Of a stretch of 64,000 nucleotides of DNA, positions 60,838 to 64,000 are shown one piece after another. This stretch comes from Microcoleus sp. (GTDB lineage Bacteria; Cyanobacteriota; Cyanobacteriia; Cyanobacteriales; Microcoleaceae), in the NCBI GenBank assembly GCA_052279835.1, contig CP181291.1, forward strand, positions 1,216,001 through 1,280,000, in the 5' to 3' direction. The notes under the pieces are model-generated. The model saw nothing but the letters and a program-made list of their open reading frames with translations. It searched no databases and was not told the origin of the DNA. How positions within the stretch are numbered: the first letter of the stretch is position 1; every line of letters starts with the position of its first letter. Made by a program: the position numbers and the translations under genes.

Positions 60838-62652
60838 TTACGAATCGCGATCGAGCTTCAGCACAGCCATAAAAGCTTCCTGCGGCACATCCACAGTACC
60901 CACAGACTTCATCCGCTTCTTACCCTTCGCCTGCTTTTGCAGCAGCTTCTTCTTCCGCGAAATATCGCCGCCATAACACTTAGCCAACACATCCTTCCGC
61001 AAAGCCGGAATGTGCTCTGAAGCAATCACCTTCGCGCCAATGGTCGCTTGAATGGGAACCTTAAATTGGTGGCGAGGAATCAACTCTTTGAGCTTTTCCG
61101 TCAAGCCGCGGCCCACATTATAGGCTTTATCGCGGTGTACAATCATCGCCAAAGCATCCACCGGATCGCCGTTAATTAAAATGTCCAATTTCACCAAGGG
61201 ATTTTCGCGATAGCCAATCAGGTGATACTCCATGCTGGCATAACCGCGCGATCGCGATTTCATCTGATCGAAAAAGTCAGTCACTACTTCCGCCAAAGGC
61301 AACTCATAAATCAACGTAGTCCGCCCTTGACTGAGATATTTCATATCTTTAAAAATGCCCCGCCGACTCTGAGATAATTCCATCAAAGTCCCCACATATG
61401 TTTCGGGCGATAGCATTTCTACTTGCACGTAAGGCTCCTCAATTTTATCACGATACTGAGGGTCTGGCAAGTGGCTCGGATTGTCAATTGTTATGACTTC
61501 TCCCTTAATTGTCGTGACTTGATAAACCACGGAAGGAGCAGTCACAATTAAATCCAAATTGTATTCTCGTTCCAGTCTTTCTTGCACAATTTCCATGTGC
61601 AGCAAACCTAAGAAACCGCAGCGGAAACCAAATCCCATCGCACTGGATGTTTCTGGTTCGTAGGAAAGGGCCGCATCGTTAAGTTCGAGTTTTTCTAAGG
61701 CTTCGCGCAAGTCTGGAAATTGGTCAGCATCGATCGGGAATAAGCCACAAAACACCATCGGTTTCGCCTCGGTATAACCAGGCCAAGGCTCCGGTGCAGG
61801 CTTTTTGACCAAAGTAATTGTATCTCCCACGCGAGCATCCGCTACTGCCTTAATCGCTGCGCCTAGATAACCTACTTCTCCGGCGTGGAGTTCATCTACT
61901 GGGATTTGAGTTGGTGAAAGTATGCCTAATTCATCGATGACATATTCCTTGCCCGAAACCATCAATAATACTCGATCGCCTTTTTTGACACTGCCATCCA
62001 TCACCCGGAAATAAACAATTACTCCTCGATAAGCATCGTAATAACTATCAAAAATTAGCGCCCTGAGTGGTTTATCGACGGTATCCTGTGGTGGTGGCAC
62101 CTTTTCGACGATCGCCTCCAAAATATCATCAATACCGATACCTTCCTTCGCAGAAGCCAGAATCGCGTCGCTACAGTCGAGTCCGACAATCTCTTCAATT
62201 TCCCCTTTTACCCGTTCTGGTTCCGCCCCCGGTAGGTCAATTTTATTTAAAACAGTAATAATTTCTAAATCGTTTGCCAAAGCTAGGTAGACATTTGCCA
62301 AGGTTTGTGCTTCCACACCTTGAGATGCGTCAACTACCAGCAGCGCACCTTCACAAGCAGCCAGCGATCGCGACACCTCGTAGGAGAAGTCTACGTGTCC
62401 AGGAGTGTCGATCAGATTAAGCACATAGTCCTGACCATCCTTGGCAGTATAATTCATCCGAGCAGCTTGCAGCTTGATCGTAATCCCACGCTCGCGTTCG
62501 AGCTCCATGTTGTCTAAAAACTGCTCTTTCATCTCCCGTGCTTGGACTGTCCCAGTCGCCTGCAACAGGCGATCGGCCAAAGTGGATTTTCCGTGATCGA
62601 TGTGAGCAATAATCGAAAAATTGCGAATGCGAGATACAGGGACGTTAGTCAT
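60838..62652 (-). CDS. lepA: Elongation factor 4
   Basis: [37 protein letters not shown]; start placed at ATG 62652. Confidence 0.98.
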   Translation of the reverse strand: MTNVPVSRIRNFSIIAHIDHGKSTLADRLLQATGTVQAREMKEQFLDNMELERERGITIKLQAARMNYTAKDGQDYVLNLIDTPGHVDFSYEVSRSLAACEGALLVVDASQGVEAQTLANVYLALANDLEIITVLNKIDLPGAEPERVKGEIEEIVGLDCSDAILASAKEGIGIDDILEAIVEKVPPPQDTVDKPLRALIFDSYYDAYRGVIVYFRVMDGSVKKGDRVLLMVSGKEYVIDELGILSPTQIPVDELHAGEVGYLGAAIKAVADARVGDTITLVKKPAPEPWPGYTEAKPMVFCGLFPIDADQFPDLREALEKLELNDAALSYEPETSSAMGFGFRCGFLGLLHMEIVQERLEREYNLDLIVTAPSVVYQVTTIKGEVITIDNPSHLPDPQYRDKIEEPYVQVEMLSPETYVGTLMELSQSRRGIFKDMKYLSQGRTTLIYELPLAEVVTDFFDQMKSRSRGYASMEYHLIGYRENPLVKLDILINGDPVDALAMIVHRDKAYNVGRGLTEKLKELIPRHQFKVPIQATIGAKVIASEHIPALRKDVLAKCYGGDISRKKKLLQKQAKGKKRMKSVGTVDVPQEAFMAVLKLDRDS

Positions 62653-63057
62653 ATTTTTTGTCAAAGACCTAATCGGCAAAGGATACTTTTTGTTGTATGA
62701 TTACACAAGCAAGAGTACAGTGCCTGCTTAAACCTCTGATTGGGGATTGAAATCAAACCACCAATCAGTAACTCAACCTAAACACTCCCTCCCTTGTCAA
62801 AGCGATCTCCCTGAAAGGAAAACCTCAAAAGTGTGAAGATCTCCCACCCTGTCCTATCAAGCCAGGAAACCCAACCCAAAAAAACTTCCCTCTGTCCCTC
62901 TGTTCCTCTGTCCTTGTCTGTGTCTCTCTCCCCCTCCTCCTCTGTGTGTCCCTCTGTCGGTGCTTCTCCCCCTCCAGTCAGGTGTTTGTGTACCACACAC
63001 TAACTCAAACAATTAAGCGATTGAAACTTAAGAATTAAAACTAGGATTTTTTTAACT

Positions 63058-63285
63058 ATGAGCGAGTCAAGCATACCTTCCCACGCTGCGTCAGAAAAAG
63101 TGGAATTATCCATCCACATCGATCCTGAACTTTTAGACCAAATTCAGCACTTGACAAATGACCCTAGCAAAGTTATTGAAACTGCAATTAGGCAGTGGTT
63201 AAGGGGCGATCGCCGTGAAGACGAGTTGGCTCTGAGCTTGCGCCGCAACCCCCCAGTTCCGCCTCGTGGTGAGTGGAACGACTGA
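63058..63285 (+). CDS. Small RHH-like hypothetical protein
   Basis: VELSIHIDPELLDQI...SKVIETAIRQWL strand-helix-helix pattern. Confidence 0.6.
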   Translation: MSESSIPSHAASEKVELSIHIDPELLDQIQHLTNDPSKVIETAIRQWLRGDRREDELALSLRRNPPVPPRGEWND

Positions 63286-63788
63286 GGGTCGATCGCGAAT
63301 TCCGGCGTTAATCTGTTGGCTGTGAAATTTGCGATCGCCCCCCAGCTATCATCACAGGCAGATTTCACTACAAAATCATAATTTTCTACCATAAATTTAC
63401 CTAAAAAATAATCAGTTAATGCTGAAAAGTGAGAGACAAAATGGGATGGCGAGTCGCCAGTTTCACTGCCGGACAGCATCAAATATTTTAGGAATTTTTA
63501 AGCCAGATAATTAATCGGCGAAGGAACATTTCTAAATATTAAATAGTAGTCATCAACATCAAACACAATAACTGACAACAAATAGTTTCGAGTCTGAGGT
63601 GCTCGATTTAAAAGTGAGTATTTTTTGAGTTTATTAATAATTCTAAAATTAATGGTAGCATCCAAAAATAGTTGATAGTTTTAAATTGGGGATTTTGAAT
63701 AACAAAGTATTGAACAATTAAACAATTTAACTATTTAACTATTTAACTCCCAAATCAAAAACCAAAATTACTTTTATCTGCTATTCTG

Positions 63789-64000
63789 ATGGACTCTAAC
63801 ACAGATTTTCGGCGATCGAGCCTGGCCTCTACAGCCTTTTTCCAAGAGTTAGGGGCAGAATTAATATTTACCCAAGACAGAAACGGTCAATATCTATCTT
63901 TTTATTGGCAACAAGGCGAGGAGTACAATCTTACAGTAGAACACATTGTCGATGGTGGGGCGATCGACAACTTTCCACCTGTTCCGATAAAACCATACCT
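63789..64000 (+). CDS. Probable 5' end of a gene (PAS-like sensor N-terminus), apparently frameshifted, runs off window
   Basis: Open frame LFQELGAELIFTQDRNGQYLSFYWQ... joins ATG 63789 only if one T is added to TTTT at 63806-63809. Confidence 0.35.
   Translation, partial: MDSNTDFRRSSLASTAFFQELGAELIFTQDRNGQYLSFYWQQGEEYNLTVEHIVDGGAIDNFPPVPIKPY

Overview
64-kb chromosomal window from a filamentous cyanobacterium (dense HIP1 GCGATCGC sites, heptamer tandem repeats, many REP-like palindromes; Microcoleus/Oscillatoriales-like by inference). Housekeeping genes (cdsA, cbiT, uvrA, queE, hemC, mutS2, ppk1, ugd, lepA, exbBD) alternate with accessory blocks. The main signal is at 16.2-25.4 kb: a membrane vWA-like gene, a transmembrane/coiled-coil gene, a sigma-factor-like gene translationally coupled to a DUF1822-like gene, and a TPR-CHAT caspase-like protease. 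Four of these genes carry the same bipartite motif TGCATAA(AC)-N12/13-GCGA(C/T)A, whose second element starts 35-43 bp before the ATG. The DUF1822-like protein and the CHAT linker also share a 13-residue peptide (EGxKxLAG[I/V]GSSS) written in different codons. I infer a protease / anti-sigma / sigma-factor circuit; this is untested. Next to it are a T4-like Rnl1 + Pnkp RNA-repair pair and several toxin-antitoxin modules. Elsewhere: a C-protein-controlled type II R-M system, an IS630 with an internal CGATCG minisatellite, a NACHT-HEAT protein, in-frame repeat insertions in several proteins, a frameshifted aldehyde dehydrogenase and a 5 x 112-bp array between exbB and exbD. I saw no rRNA, tRNA or CRISPR array. 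All family calls are by motif recognition, not database search.
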